A stretch of 64,000 bases of DNA from Octopus vulgaris. Taxonomy: Eukaryota. The translations under genes were made by a program, and so were the position numbers. The stretch spans positions 36,270,001 through 36,334,000 of the forward strand of contig OX597836.1 in assembly GCA_951406725.2 (NCBI GenBank). Direction: 5' to 3'. A model generated the notes under the pieces. It ran no database searches. It saw only the letters and a program-made list of their open reading frames with translations, and was not told where the DNA came from. Positions 43,251 to 56,578 of this stretch are shown one piece after another. Position 1 is the stretch's first letter. The number at the start of each line of letters is the position of its first letter.

Positions 43251-45125
43251 AAAGAAAAGATTCACACAATCTGAACTATTTGCAATAAAGGTGAGAAATT
43301 ATCAAGTGAATAAGCAAGTCTTACAAAATGAAACAAAGAGTGCTAAAAATGCTATAGTAAATGTTCATAGCATGACTGAAGAAGAAGCCTGGTACGGTAA
43401 TTATGCTTAGGAAGAAGATAACAAATTAGGCCCCAGACGACGAAGATTGGAAAGAGGATACATCAGTTCTCGAAGAAGATAAGAGTGAAACCGCAGAAGC
43501 CAAGGAAAATATTTACAGAATTGTGTGTAACCCTATGCAATGATTTGAAGAATGGAATCTCGCTTCCAAAATTGCAAAACAGTAACAAAAAAGCATGAAA
43601 GAGTAAAGTGTGTAATGCATTAATGGAAGAAATAATGAGAGGAGATGAAATTGAGTTAATAACCATAATTAACGTTAAATACACTATGGTTGAGGCTTTG
43701 AGCTAGCGTGGTGAACCCAAAGGGAAAATGGAATATGTCAACAAACAGCAAAATTGGAAAATCAAAGGACAGAAATAAATTAAACATCAGTGAAGAAAAC
43801 GGTTGATTGCTGTTGAACTCTCAATAGGAATAAGTGTCAAAACCAAAAATAAAGCAAGGGAAGTTGAAATAATGTTGAAATTAAGACGTGCAAATTCTCC
43901 TTAACTTTAAAGAGATGCTGAAACACAGCATGCAGTTCAAACCACAGCGGTTTTTTTAAAAAAAAAAACCGGAGAATAAAAGGTTTTCCAAATGGACGCA
44001 AAGAAATTTTAGGGAGCAATGGAGAAACAACCAATAGAATTAGAAGATCCATCAAATATGAGAGATTAGGGATTTTGAAGTATCTGAAGTTGCTCAAGAA
44101 GATTATAATGAAGAAGCAGGTTGGATTAACGTGGATTAACTGAAAGAATGAAAGATGGATCGTGTTTAAAGTGTAAGAGCTTAGTCAGACCTTTATAAAA
44201 GCACACAACGAGAAATCACTATGAATAAAACACATGCCAGATTAATGTTTAAATACCATTATAGGAATGCACAATGCATTCGCCAAGAAAATAAGTGCAA
44301 AATCCCGAGTAAGTTCCCAAGTGGTTGACAGAAGACACAGCGTACCTTCTAACTAATATACCAGTAACTAAAAAAAAAATGAAGTAAAGTCCTATTGGAT
44401 GCCTTGCCACTATTAACAATATTCTGATTTGAATACATTTTCAAATAATATTCTCTATTCTTGAAGGAAGCATAACATTGTTCAAGAACAAAACGAAAGT
44501 AAAAAGAACTCCTGTGGATGTAAAGCGCAACAAAGGATTAACCAAACGATACTAGAAAATTGTATAAAGAGTAAGGAATTAAGTACTGCATGAATTGTTT
44601 ACCGCGAGGCTTTCGTCAATGTTCTCCATGAGTGGATATTGAAAGCTCTCCAAAAATACAAGTTCACTCCAGTAATTGCCTTCGACATATTATAACAAAG
44701 TGGGAGAAAACAAATCTCTCTATATAAATCTCAAGAACTAAATTATGCAATCGAGTAAAATCAAAACACGCTGTGGAATTTCCCAAGATGATTCTCTTTC
44801 GGTTCTCTTGTTTTGTATGATCTTCCATTCCTTTTTTTCAGTGAGCTGAATAACGGTGAGTACGGATAAAAAATCATTAATATCAAAATCACTCATTTAT
44901 TCTTTACGGATGACATGGACTATACGTCAAAAATGATCGATTGAACGGACTCTTAATAACGGTAGGTAAACAGTTTAAACATCGACATAGAAAGAAAATA
45001 GACACATGATAAGTGCGCAAAAGCCGGCGGTTTCTAACGGTGAAAGTTTACTATGACACCATCCACCACAGTTGGCCTAAGTACTACTATATAGAAAATT
45101 ACTCTGGAGCACTAATAAAATATCT

Positions 45126-45357
45126 ATTTCTTTACTACCCACAAGGGGCTAAACACAGAGGGGACAAACAAGGAGCTGACAAAGGGATTAAGTCGATTAT
45201 ATCGACCCCAGTGCGTAACTGGAACTTAATTTATCGACCCTGAAAGGATGAAAGGCAAAGTCGACCTCGGCGGAATTTGAACTCAGAACGTAACGCCAGA
45301 CGAAATACGGCTACGCATTTCGCCCGGCGTGCTAACGTTTCTGCCACCTCGCCGCCA
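45126..45357 (-). mobile_element. SINE family B with 21-bp TSD
   Basis: tggagcactaataa(a/c)atatct at 45105-45125 and 45361-45381. Confidence 0.92.
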
Positions 45358-45630
45358 TTTTGGAGCACTAATAACATATCTTGGCATAAAGTAGGGTGAC
45401 AGAATTCAAGGAAGTACCCGAATTAAATGAAATACCCGAAAAAATGTAATCAGGAAGAGTAAGATGGTGCTCAACCCTAAAGGCCGTATCAAAGTTTTCA
45501 ACACGTTAGTTATACTTATAGTGAAATATGGTTACAATTCCATCGACTAGAAACTCTGAGTTTTAGAGATTGGATGGAATAACACGAACACTCCTCATCA
45601 ACAACAACATTCATCACTCTAAGGCAGAAA

Positions 45631-45808
45631 TCGTCTGATGTTACGTTCTGAGTTCAAATTCCGCCGAGGTCGTCTTTGCCTTTCATCCTTTCGGGGTCGA
45701 TAAATTAAATACGAGTTACGTACTGGTGTCGGTGTAATCGGCTCAATCCCTTTGTCTGTCTTCGTTTGTCCCCTCTATGTTTAACCCCTTGTGGGCAATA
45801 AAGAAATA
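45631..45808 (+). mobile_element. SINE family B, head-less
   Basis: Starts at cgtctgatgttacgttctgagttc; ends in (AAT)n. Confidence 0.85.
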
Positions 45809-45847
45809 ATAATAATAATAATAATAATCATAATAATAATAATAATC

Positions 45848-45881
<34 letters not shown>

Positions 45882-45925
45882 GCACCACTTCATGAAACTA
45901 ATTGCTTTCAGCCAAGATTTGAAGT

Positions 45926-45957
<32 letters not shown>

Positions 45958-46709
45958 TTATGTTTCTAACCTCGGGATGAGACCAGTAATTTTGATAATC
46001 GATTACATGTGTCCTTGTTTGTGTACGGAACTTTATTTTATAATTGAAATTCTCCGAATGCATAATGGTGCACCCTTATGTGAAACGTTTTTTATTTACT
46101 TAATTTTCATATCTTTTTGCATTTGGCCTGCGGGATCTTAATTTATCAGGGGCTAAGCTACAATGTCAACGGTATAGCAGTATCAAAATTACATTGAAGA
46201 CAAAATCAAAGCTGATTCCTCTTTTTGAAATATCGATTGAAATAAATCCCAATGTATTATTGATTCTTCGTTTATTGACGGGTGAACGATGAAACGAAGA
46301 CTATGTATAGAATACATGACCTCACATCGAAAACGAAACGAGACAACATATTGCATAGCAACCCTTTCTGTAGCTTTTTTATCGATGTTACCCGGTTGCT
46401 CAGTAATATTCACCGTGTTTTTCTCTGAGACATGTACGGAGATAAACATTACGAGAAAAAGGTGAGATCGATTTTATCGATAACATTATTTAATTACGTT
46501 TATGCATTTGTTTTGTAAGATTCCTGATGTAATAGCGTGTGTTGAAACAGATAATGATATATTTGGCGATGGAGATATATTTTTTGCCAATTAACCAAAC
46601 GAACTATATATTTAATCTTTATTTCAGCATTATTATTATTTTCTCATTACTACAGGATTTTTGTTGGAGCAGTCTTGCATGTGTAGCGGGCTTACTACCT
46701 GCAACATCC

Positions 46710-46739
<30 letters not shown>

Positions 46740-46740
<1 letters not shown>

Positions 46741-46860
46741 TTTGCTCTTCAAATTTTCTTCCGTTTCTCGCCGGGTGCTTTCCGTATGCCTAGTGCAGAG
46801 AAGCTCATTGTATGCATTCCCAGATTACACACGCAAATTCACAGGTAAAATGTGTATTTA
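46740..46860 (-). mobile_element. Short 3' end of a (TAA)n-targeting LINE
   Basis: Similar to the reverse complement of 38433-38512; abuts (ATT)n. Confidence 0.55.
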
Positions 46861-47280
46861 AAAATTAATAAATAAATAAATAAATTCATGAATGGATGTT
46901 GTTTCACAGCGATAATGCTCTTATCAGTACATGAGTCGTTCCCGTTAACACGATTTTTTGCACTTCCTATCCTCCTCATTATTATTATTATTATTATTAT
47001 CATTATTATTACTTTAGTTTCTGCGACAAATCTCTTATGTCACACAACCTGTCACCCCCTAAAGTGACACTTTATCCAACGTGTCTCCTCTCGTTCCGCG
47101 CCCATTGTATCCTCATCTGTAGATTTTTTCTTTGTGTGATATGTACCCTTATTTGTAGATAAGGATAAATACCATAGAAAGATAAAATCGACTACGTAGA
47201 ACAAGCGGAGACACGTGGCGTAAAGGTTTTCTAAAGATGTCACAGCATATGTGACAAAATTGCTTCGATAAAGCAACACA

Positions 47281-47338
<58 letters not shown>

Positions 47339-47892
47339 GCCCTGATGCAGTACCAGGCAGTGGCTCTCATGGCTTCTGATCTTAACTGATTGGAAGTGTT
47401 ATCATGTACATTGTTTTGTCTTGGTATAAAAGATGGGCTACAGCAAATATTCTGCTCAATACCACAGATTTGCTTGTCAGTTGTTTGACCTTAACCGGTT
47501 GAGCATGTCCCTTAGTGGCTGACGATATGTGCATCTTTGATCACGAGCAGAAGTAGTGGGGGAGCATCATAGCCATGTGTTGAGAGGGATTCTTTGGGGT
47601 TTGAATAGTTCACCTCTGGAGACATGGGTGGTTCTTTCAACATCCTTAAGCAACCCTTATTCAGGGACCGTTTGAGCGGGATGGGCTACTCAACCTGAAG
47701 AAAATTCTAACTGGGCCCCACCTGCAAGGTCACGTGCTGTTTATCTTGATATGAGATCACCATGTCGCGCACATATGGTTGTGATGCATGTGCCTGGTGT
47801 ACCTTTATCAGACGGGTAGTCATGATGGGTATATTGGGCTTCGTATATTTTACCCCAGTGTCACTTTGATGGCATGAACTGCTCTCTCACTC
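47339..47892 (+). mobile_element. Family E, apparently complete 554-bp non-coding element inside (AAT)n
   Basis: Flanked on both sides by (AAT)n; partial copies at 24049 and 42043; no long ORF. Confidence 0.85.
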
Positions 47893-48173
47893 AATAATAA
47901 TAATAATAATAATTAAGCTGATGTAGAGACCAAACATATAATGCGTGTGTTTAATTGCCTAAATACGACTGTCCCCGATTAAAACAATATTATTTAATTA
48001 CCTTTCATGTTATCAACGCCGCAAGGAATCCTTTACGAACAGGTACTTGAATAATTAGAAAGGGCCACCGAATATATTCGGAAACCCTCTCCCATTTCTT
48101 CAATGTACGACATATTCCACTATTTAACACGGGGTGCTCTCTGAATATAGCTACTTAACAATGCTCTCTGCAT

Positions 48174-48376
48174 TCTCTTTACTCTTTCTATTACTCTTCT
48201 ACTTGTTTCAGTTATTTGACTGGCCATGCTCAAGCACCACTCTTTTAGACCCCAGGACTCATTCTATTGGTCTCTTTTGCCGAACTGCTAAGTTACGCGG
48301 ACGTAAACACACCAGCATCGGTTGTCAAGCGATGTTGGGTGGACGAACACAGACACACAACCATATACACACACAC

Positions 48377-48413
<37 letters not shown>

Positions 48414-48574
48414 TATCACTGGCTTCTTTCAGTTTCTGTCTACCAAATTCACTCACAAGGCTTTGGTCGGCACGAGGCTACATTGGAAGCCACTTGCCCA
48501 AATTTCCATGCAGTGGGACTGAACCCGGAACCATGTGGTTGGTAAGAAAGCTACTTACCACACAGCCACTCCTA
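48174..48574 (-). mobile_element. SINE family A
   Basis: Reverse copy with small deletions. Confidence 0.88.
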
Positions 48575-48760
48575 CTTCGACTAAGTGGAATACCATGAAT
48601 GGTGACCCTTTTCATTCTAAGTCAGCTGGATCAAGTCTAGCCAAAGGCGAAGTAACAACTACTCCTGAAGACCGTAATGACAAAGACGAACCTGGCTGTA
48701 ATGAAATTCAGAATTTAAAAGGATAGAGTCATTTTTCATGTCGTCGATGCTGTGGTTCAA

Positions 48761-48980
48761 CCCTTTAGTGTTTAAACAGGCCATATCAGGCCCAAATATT
48801 CTATATGTTTTATAATCAAACTGGGAATATCTAGCCCCTCACTCCTAACCTACAATGTCATGCTAAAAATAAACAATCACATCACTGAAACCTCAAAGCT
48901 ATAAGATAATGCATGATTAATTCAAAACAATTTGAGTGAATAAGTACTATATTTAACAGAGTAATCTGAATACTAAAGGG
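48761..48980. mobile_element. piggyBac-like MITE
   Basis: tcaa-CCCTTTAGtgttt ... gaataCTAAAGGG-ttaa (TTAA-type TSD with one mismatch). Confidence 0.75.
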
Positions 48981-49337
48981 TTAAAACTACTTCGGTGCTA
49001 ATCGAGCTGATGTGTGATGACAGAAGTTCCAGCAGTCCCCAGCTCATCCCATTATCCTGATAAAGCTCATAGAGTGTCCAGCGCTACGTCATCCAGCATG
49101 TACTTTTCTAAACTGAGAGGATTAAATTTGCAACTCATTTCCAGCTCCGTAGATGTTGCCACACTCGTTAGCATAGGAAATGCAAATGAATAACAAGAAA
49201 CATTTTAACTGATGCTCTACCGGTCATTGATAATCTCAACAAACACTGTAAAATCAAATTCTAACAGGCACACGGCCAAAATGAAGGTCATTGAGAATAA
49301 TCCATGAAATCAGTTCGAGTCATCGGCAGTAATATAT

Positions 49338-49809
49338 GTTTCTTTATTACCCACAAGGGGCTACACATAGAGGGGACAAACAAGGACAGACAAACGAATT
49401 AAGTCGATTACATCGACCCCAGTGCGTAACTGGTACTTAATTTATCGACCCCGAAAGGATGAAAGGCAAAGTCGACCTCGGCGGAATTTGAACTCAGAAC
49501 GTAACGGCAGACGAAATACGGCTACGCATTTCGCCCGGCTTCCTAACAGTTCTGCCAGCTCGCCGCCTTAGTAATATATGTTACTTTATTACCCACAAGG
49601 GGCTAAACATAGAGGGGACAAACAAGGCCAGACAAACGAATTAAGTCGATTACATCGACCCCAGTGCCTAACTGGTACTTAATTTATCGACACCGAAAGG
49701 ATGAAAAGCAAAGTCGACCTCGGTGGAATTTGAACTCAGAACGTAGCGAACGGGCGAAATGCCGCACAGCTCTTCGTCCGGCGTTGCTAACGTCTCTGCC
49801 AGCTCGCCA
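49338..49809 (-). mobile_element. Two SINE family B copies, one nested in the tail of the other
   Basis: Outer TSD catcggcagtaatatat (49321 and 49808); inner TSD agtaatatatgtt (49328 and 49570). Confidence 0.9.
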
Positions 49810-50233
49810 TCGGCAGTAATATATTTTATCTAAGTCGCAGAAGGATACACAAAAGGGATTTCGAAGAAATTCGAACGCAGAACATGGTATAACATTAACT
49901 AAATAAATCAACGCTCTACAAACTGATGTAAGGTTGTAACAATTCTATCAATCCACTACTCTTTGACATGTACTATTGATTTCTAACATTGGTTGCAACT
50001 TGTGAGGTTATTTGGCGATCGTTGTCATCGATATGGTCAACATCTGTAGTCAATATCAGAAAATATCTTTAACGCTGTCAAGATCCTGTCGATCACCAAT
50101 AGTGAGCAATTGTACTTTTACATTTGCACAAGGTATACAATACTGAAAAAAAATTTCGTAGGTGGACACCAGTATGGCTGCAAAGACTGAGACAAGATAT
50201 TATATATATATGTGTGTGTGTGGGTCTGTGTGT

Positions 50234-50480
50234 GTGGAGGCACATGGCCCAGTGGTTGGAGCAGCGGACTCGCGGTCGACGGATCGTGGGTTCGAATCTC
50301 AGACCGGGCGATGTGTGTGTTTATGAGCGAAACCCCTAAGCACCACGCGGCTCCGGCAGAAGGTAATGACGAACTTCTGCTGACCCTTTCGCCACAATTT
50401 TCTCTCAGTCTTTCCTCCTACATCTTGCAGCTCACGTGCGACGGACCGTCCCCGGCCAGGTGGAGAACCCATACGCCAAG

Positions 50481-50481
<1 letters not shown>
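50234..50481 (+). mobile_element. SINE family C variant head, tail type 2 (truncated)
   Basis: gtggaggcacatggcccagtgg...gggttcgaatctc; matches 58189-58496. Confidence 0.85.
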
Positions 50482-50522
<41 letters not shown>

Positions 50523-50661
50523 GTCATAAATAGTTAGAGTGATAGATAGACAGACAGACAGAAAGAGTGATAGATAGAAAGAGTGATAGATAGACAGTTA
50601 AAGTGATTGATAGATAGATAGATGGATAGTGAAAGTGATAGATAGATAGATGGATAAATAG

Positions 50662-50740
<79 letters not shown>

Positions 50741-50830
50741 TACAGAAAGACAGGACAGAAATACAGCTAGCTAAATAGATAGATAGACAGACAGACAGAC
50801 AACAAAACAGACAGACTGACAGATGGATAA
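50481..50830. repeat. (GATA)n/(GACA)n microsatellite
   Basis: Direct inspection. Confidence 0.95.
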
Positions 50831-51587
50831 ATACAGTAATCTAGTTTATATGTGCACTTAGATGTATGCCTGCCTCTGGTGAGATTCGAGCTCCACGTAC
50901 GGTATCATCAACTATTCCACTCCCAGTAAATTGATGTGGTTAATACAGTGCTTAACAATATTACCAGTTGATAGCAACAAATGATATAAAAATGTCCGTT
51001 GTGCTGAACATTCAAACATGTATGTGTATGTTTGTGTCTCTGAATAAATGTGTGTGCGTTTGTGTGTGTGTGTGGACACATATGGGCACATACGTAATTA
51101 TATACATATGCGTGTGGACATATATTGACTTACTATTATATACAGCCAAACTCAATCGTAAGTATACCTGACGCTTTTGCTTCATATACTTCACTAAGTT
51201 AATACTATACATTGAAAGTCGATTTTACCTATATGATGATGTACTTCAGAGGGAAAACTGAGCCAGCTATTAAGAGGCAGAAACGACAACGGAGAAGATG
51301 AGAGTGAACTTGAAGCCGAAGAAGACAATATACGTGTGAGAGGAGAAAAGAATAAAGGGGGAAGAGGCTGGAAGATATCACATGTCTCTGAAGAGTTGTA
51401 ATCAACATGATAGAAGATGGATACTGTGAGTTAACTTGCAAATAAGATGAAAGTTGAAGGTGAGCAAACAAAAATGGCGTTAGGCATACATGGATATGGA
51501 TGTTTGCAGATGGACACACGGAAATAGATCTACACATGCGCATGCGCACACACGTATACACACACGCACATATATATATATATATAT

Positions 51588-51618
<31 letters not shown>

Positions 51619-51654
51619 ATTTAACATAAACATAGTAAAAAGTTAAAAGTTAAA

Positions 51655-52037
51655 GAGCGAGTGGCTGTGTGGTAAGTAGCTTGCTAACCAACCACACGGT
51701 TGTGGGTTCAGTCCCACTGCGTGACATCTTGGGCAAGTGTCTTCTGCTATAGCCCCGGGCCGACCAATGCCTTGTGAGTGGATTTGGTAGACGGGAACTG
51801 AAAGAAGCCTGTCGTATATATGTATATATATATATATATGTATATGTGTGTGTGTTTGTGTGTCTGTGTTTGTCCCCCCTAGCATTGCTTGACAACCGAT
51901 GCTGGTGTGTTTAGGTCCCCGTCACTTAGCGGTTCGGCAAAAAGAGACCGATAGAATAAGTACTAAAAGGTGGTGCTCCAGCATGGCCGCAGTCAAATGA
52001 CTGAAACAAGTAAAAGAGTAAAAGAGTAAAAGAGAGT
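51655..52037 (+). mobile_element. SINE family A
   Basis: Full head, internal deletion near the 3' end, (gtaaaaga)n tail. Confidence 0.9.
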
Positions 52038-52140
52038 ACATCCATCTTCTGAGCAGCAAAAATGCTCACACACATACAAACGCAAAGGTAAAAGGAGACA
52101 GCAGCGCGTACTTGAATGTATATATGTTTGCTTTTGCTTT

Positions 52141-52196
<56 letters not shown>

Positions 52197-52299
52197 CGCG
52201 CGTGTTTGTGTGTGTTGGAAATAGGAAGTTGGATCTACAACTATATAATATATATTATAAAAATAATATATCACATGTGTATACATAAATATATACTTA

Positions 52300-52300
52300 C

Positions 52301-52334
<34 letters not shown>

Positions 52335-52657
52335 TATATATATAAGTATATATATATATATATGTTAATATATATATATATATATATTATTATATATATG
52401 TTAATATATATATATATATTTGTTAGTATATATATGTTAATATATATATATATATTGTTAGTATATATATATATATATATATATGTTAGTATATATATAT
52501 ATGTTAGTATATATATATATATATATGTTAGTATATATATGTTAATATATATATATGTTAGTATATATATATGTTAGTATATATATATGTTAGTATATAT
52601 ATATGTTAGTATATATATATGTTAGTATATATATATGTTAGTATATATATATGTTAG

Positions 52658-52690
<33 letters not shown>
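52300..52690. repeat. (TA)n with recurring GTTAG interruptions (minisatellite)
   Basis: (ta)n-tgttag units of 16-26 bp. Confidence 0.9.
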
Positions 52691-52691
<1 letters not shown>

Positions 52692-53244
52692 CATATTTGC
52701 ATACACTTTTACGAGCGCGCGGTTTCATTACCTAACAACCTTGAATGCGTACCTATGCGAAATCCTCAAAGTCTGTGTAAGTGCGCGCACTCGCTCTCTT
52801 GTGTGCATGAACGCGTGCCTCTTCCTGACACATACGATATTGCCGTTTTGCTTCAAACTGTGATCTGTCGTAAATATCAATTACACACCAATTACTCTGT
52901 GGGAGGGCTATAAAATCGTTATAACATCTGTTTGCTCAGCTCTTATCTCACTATTTGTGGCCAATCAATCCTTAGACTTCTGAGAAACAAGCACTTAAAA
53001 GACGTCGTTTATCAAAGGCAATTTCTTGTTTTAGATATGTGACTTTTTGTTTTTTCGATCTTTGCTATTCCATACAGCGGATCAAAACAGATTTCACCTA
53101 ATCACTTCTACGACATCAAACCATGCAGGCATTTCTCGTTAATGAGGTCTTTGTAACAGTTATAACTTGTATCCAGTGTTTCTAAGTGGTATTCGTATAG
53201 CAAAGCTTTGATTAACGACCATTTAATATTATTTCTTCATACGT

Positions 53245-53925
53245 CAAGGCAGGATCGGACGAAAAATATTCTGGTCGTCGTAGGCGACCAGTTCCCTTTT
53301 TGACGGATCATCAGCACACAGGTTTCTGGGATGCTGGGTGCTTCTGCGTGATGAGCCACAAGTCGAGGCACTGGTGCCTTGGAATGCTGTGTGCCAATGA
53401 GTCGAATATCTTGAATACATCGTCACTGTAGAAGGCGACTTTCTCCCATGACCTACACAACAGCAATCACAGTGGAGGCGCAATGGCCCAGTGCTTAGTG
53501 CAGCGGACTCGCGGTCGGAGGATCGCGGTTTCGATTCCCAGACCGGGCGTTGTGTGTGTTTATTGAGCAAAAACACCTAAAGCTCCACGAGGCTCCGGCA
53601 GGGGGTGGTGGTGGCGACCCCTGTTGTACTCTTTCGCCCCAACTTTCTCCCATTCTTTCTTCCTGTGTCTTGTCCCCGACTTCCTACGCAACCGCTGAGC
53701 CTGGATGCGCATTCATCCATCCGTCGATGCTCTCGGTGTCGGTGGGGTTGACCTGCTTTCTCGTCTGCGGGTCTTACGAATAGCAAAGGACCACGTTTCG
53801 AACTTCTCCCACTAATGGGACGAAGACCGCCTCGCTCAACAAACAAACAAACAAACAAACCAACAAACAGCAATCACAGGATGTTGCCTTTGAACATGAC
53901 AATAGCAGAGGTGGTGTCGTCTTTT
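53245..53925 (-). pseudogene. Very decayed RTE-like LINE fragment split by a SINE C insertion
   Basis: After removing the SINE: MFKGNIL*LLLCRSWEKVAFYSDDVFK..RLVAH..CADDPS..RLRRP, resembling AF..RCLRRILGISW.D.VSN..V / RLFGH / RPRGRP. Confidence 0.4.
53472..53865 (+). mobile_element. SINE family C, tail type 3, with 14-bp TSD
   Basis: TSD aacagcaatcacag at 53459-53472 and 53866-53879; (CAAA)n tail. Confidence 0.92.
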
Positions 53926-54142
53926 GAAAAAAAGCAAGGAAACAGACAAATAAATACATAAATAAGAAAAACAACAGAAACAAGACGGTTTCTTTGTACT
54001 TTAGTTTTTCTGTCTTGAGATTGATCTTGTCTGAGAACAAGTGTAAAGAAATTACCAGAAGGAAATCATGGAAAGCATCTTTGAATAACAGCAACACCAC
54101 TACCACTGTTGTCGCCACTACAACAAAGACACCACCGATACC

Positions 54143-54375
54143 TATTTCTTTGCTACCCACAAGGGGCTAAACACAGAGAGGACAAACAAGGACAGACAAA
54201 TGGATTAAGTCGATTATATCGACCCCAGTGCGTAACTGGTACTTAATTTATCAACATTGGAAGCATGAAAAGCAAAGTCGACCTCGGCGGAATTTGAACT
54301 CAGAACGTAACGGCAGACGAAATACGGCTATGCATTTCGCCTGCCGTGCTAACGTTTCTGCCAGCTTGCCGCCTT
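54143..54375 (-). mobile_element. SINE family B with TSD
   Basis: acca(c/a)cgatacc at 54131 and 54378. Confidence 0.92.
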
Positions 54376-54754
54376 GAACCAACGATACCATTGTACCATC
54401 ATCACTATTACTAGTAACACCACCACTACTACCATAACATAAACTGTAGCTGCAGCGTAACATAAATATCACCGTTGCACCATTAACTTCACCATCAATA
54501 CCATCACCCGGACGAATTCAGAATAAATATACAAATAAACGTTTGAGACCTCGTTGTACACAGTATATGTTGATCCCATATGAAACTGACAAAGCTTTTT
54601 CCGCGTATTTGGCAGTATTTTGACGCATCAAAATATATTTTTAAGATGCTCCATTGTTTTCCATATTTACAGTTGAAAAAGTCTAAATGACTGAAACCGG
54701 TGAACTGAAAGGTTTTAAATAAAATTATTTTACCGTTTTCTACCTTAACTTTTT

Positions 54755-54756
<2 letters not shown>

Positions 54757-54842
<86 letters not shown>

Positions 54843-55160
54843 TGTGTGTGTGGGTGTGTGTGTGTGCGTGTGTGTTGCTGTGTGTGTGTGTGTACATGTG
54901 TGTTGCTGTGTGTGTGCGTGTGTGTTGCTGTGTGTGTGCGTGTGTGTTGCTGTGTGTGCGCGTTTGTGTGTGTGTGTATGTATGAATATCTTTCTCGTTT
55001 TCTCTCAACCATAAATTTTAAGCTAAAAATGTTCACCACTGGCTTACACACACATATACATCGTATATGTGTGTGCGTTTGAGTGTGTGCGTTTGAGTGT
55101 GTGCGTCTGTGTGTGTGCGTGCGTGTGTGTATGTGTGTGTATGTGCGTGCGTGTCTTGTA
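54757..55160. repeat. (AT)n(GT)n compound microsatellite
   Basis: Direct inspection. Confidence 0.95.
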
Positions 55161-55378
55161 TATGTGTGTCTCCCCGTAACCGATTGATAAACAATGTGTT
55201 TCTTTTTTCTGTACCTATCGTAACCTAGTGGTTCAGCAAAAGATGTAGATGAAATAAGTAACAAACTTTAAAACGAAAATATACATTGTTGTCCCTTTGT
55301 TCAACTAAAGCTACTTCAAGGCAGCTTCTGGCCGCCATGGCCACAGGCCAATGACGTCAACAAGTAAAAGATTAAAGA
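55160..55378 (+). mobile_element. Old SINE family A 3' half
   Basis: gtaacctagtggttcagcaaaaga...catggccacaggccaatgac...caagtaaaaga. Confidence 0.6.
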
Positions 55379-55660
55379 TGACAGATGTAGAATGGTGAAA
55401 GCCTATGTCAGTATCAAACGGTACTTCGATAACAAGGATTATAAACAACTTGCAGCCTTCGCATGCTGAGATTTCCCAAGAGAACGCCAATTGTACATTC
55501 GCAAACGTATTGCAAATGTATCAATGGTGGTTCAATGGTATAGAACAAAAGTAAATACGTGATGTTGTTTCTGCATGTCTATATGTGTACAATACGCGCA
55601 TGTATGTTTATATAGGCACCAGCTGAGAGGAAACACAAAGACACATACTATGTATGTATG

Positions 55661-55691
<31 letters not shown>

Positions 55692-56064
55692 TTAGTTACA
55701 TATGTATGTACGTGTGTATGTTGTACGTGAAGTATGTAAGTATGTTGTGTTGGAAGTACACGTAGGAGCGTATATGTAACTATACTTAGATCTATATACA
55801 TCTATGCTTACGCGCACACGTGTATATATATATATATATATATTGAGAGAGAGAGAGAGATGTATCGCATACAAACCTTAAACGGCTGTATATACAATAG
55901 ACAATACACGCCTATTAATTTCTAACAATATGAAAGCTAAATATTTAATTTTGACTTTCCTTACATTAAAAATGGATTTATGATCAACATACGTTACATT
56001 ATACACAATTTTAATATAGCTAACAGAAAATGATGATTCGATACGGGAACCGCACTTGGAAGTA

Positions 56065-56132
<68 letters not shown>

Positions 56133-56350
56133 TAGTGGGCATGAAATTACATTTTATGAAGCTTTTATAATTTAATTGTTCTTTCTGAGAATATATGATA
56201 CGAGGAAGCAATATTCAGCTACATCTTAGAAATATAGGTGTAATTTAGAGAGTTTGGATATATTTTGCAAAGAAAATACAAATAATGATTTAGTAGGATA
56301 TATGTCACATATATATATATGCACAAATTCCCATGTGTGTGCGTGTGAGC

Positions 56351-56395
<45 letters not shown>

Positions 56396-56398
<3 letters not shown>

Positions 56399-56578
56399 GA
56401 GGGAGCAGGGGCTGAAAGGTTTTGGACTTTAAGGTTATCGCGAAAGGCTTGGGTGGATGCCCAAATTCCTGAGCTCTTTTGCAGGGCATAGAAATTGTGA
56501 AAGACAGCTGCAATAAGTGTATGAATCTGTATTCTCCCACCCCACCCCACAAAATCAGGAACTTTTCAGCAACCTCTT
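56396..56578 (+). mobile_element. Mariner-derived MITE
   Basis: TA-cgaggg..gctgaaaggttt versus ggaacttttcagcaacctc; interior loosely resembles the mariner C-terminus (F..GI....R..KC). Confidence 0.55.

Larger units (their letters stand above)
42520..45630 (+). mobile_element. Long decayed R4/Dong-like element carrying nested RTE and SINE B insertions
   Basis: RT remnants IVYREAFVNVLHEWILKAL, CGISQDDSLSVLLFCM, ITHLFFTDD and YLGI; 5' boundary uncertain. Confidence 0.7.

Noticed and set aside
53244-53576. 110-aa ORF or apparent host exon (GHGRKSPSTV...)
   Set aside because: Begins inside a SINE; mixed-frame motifs fit a decayed RTE-like LINE better; no partner exons found. Not fully excluded without RNA-seq
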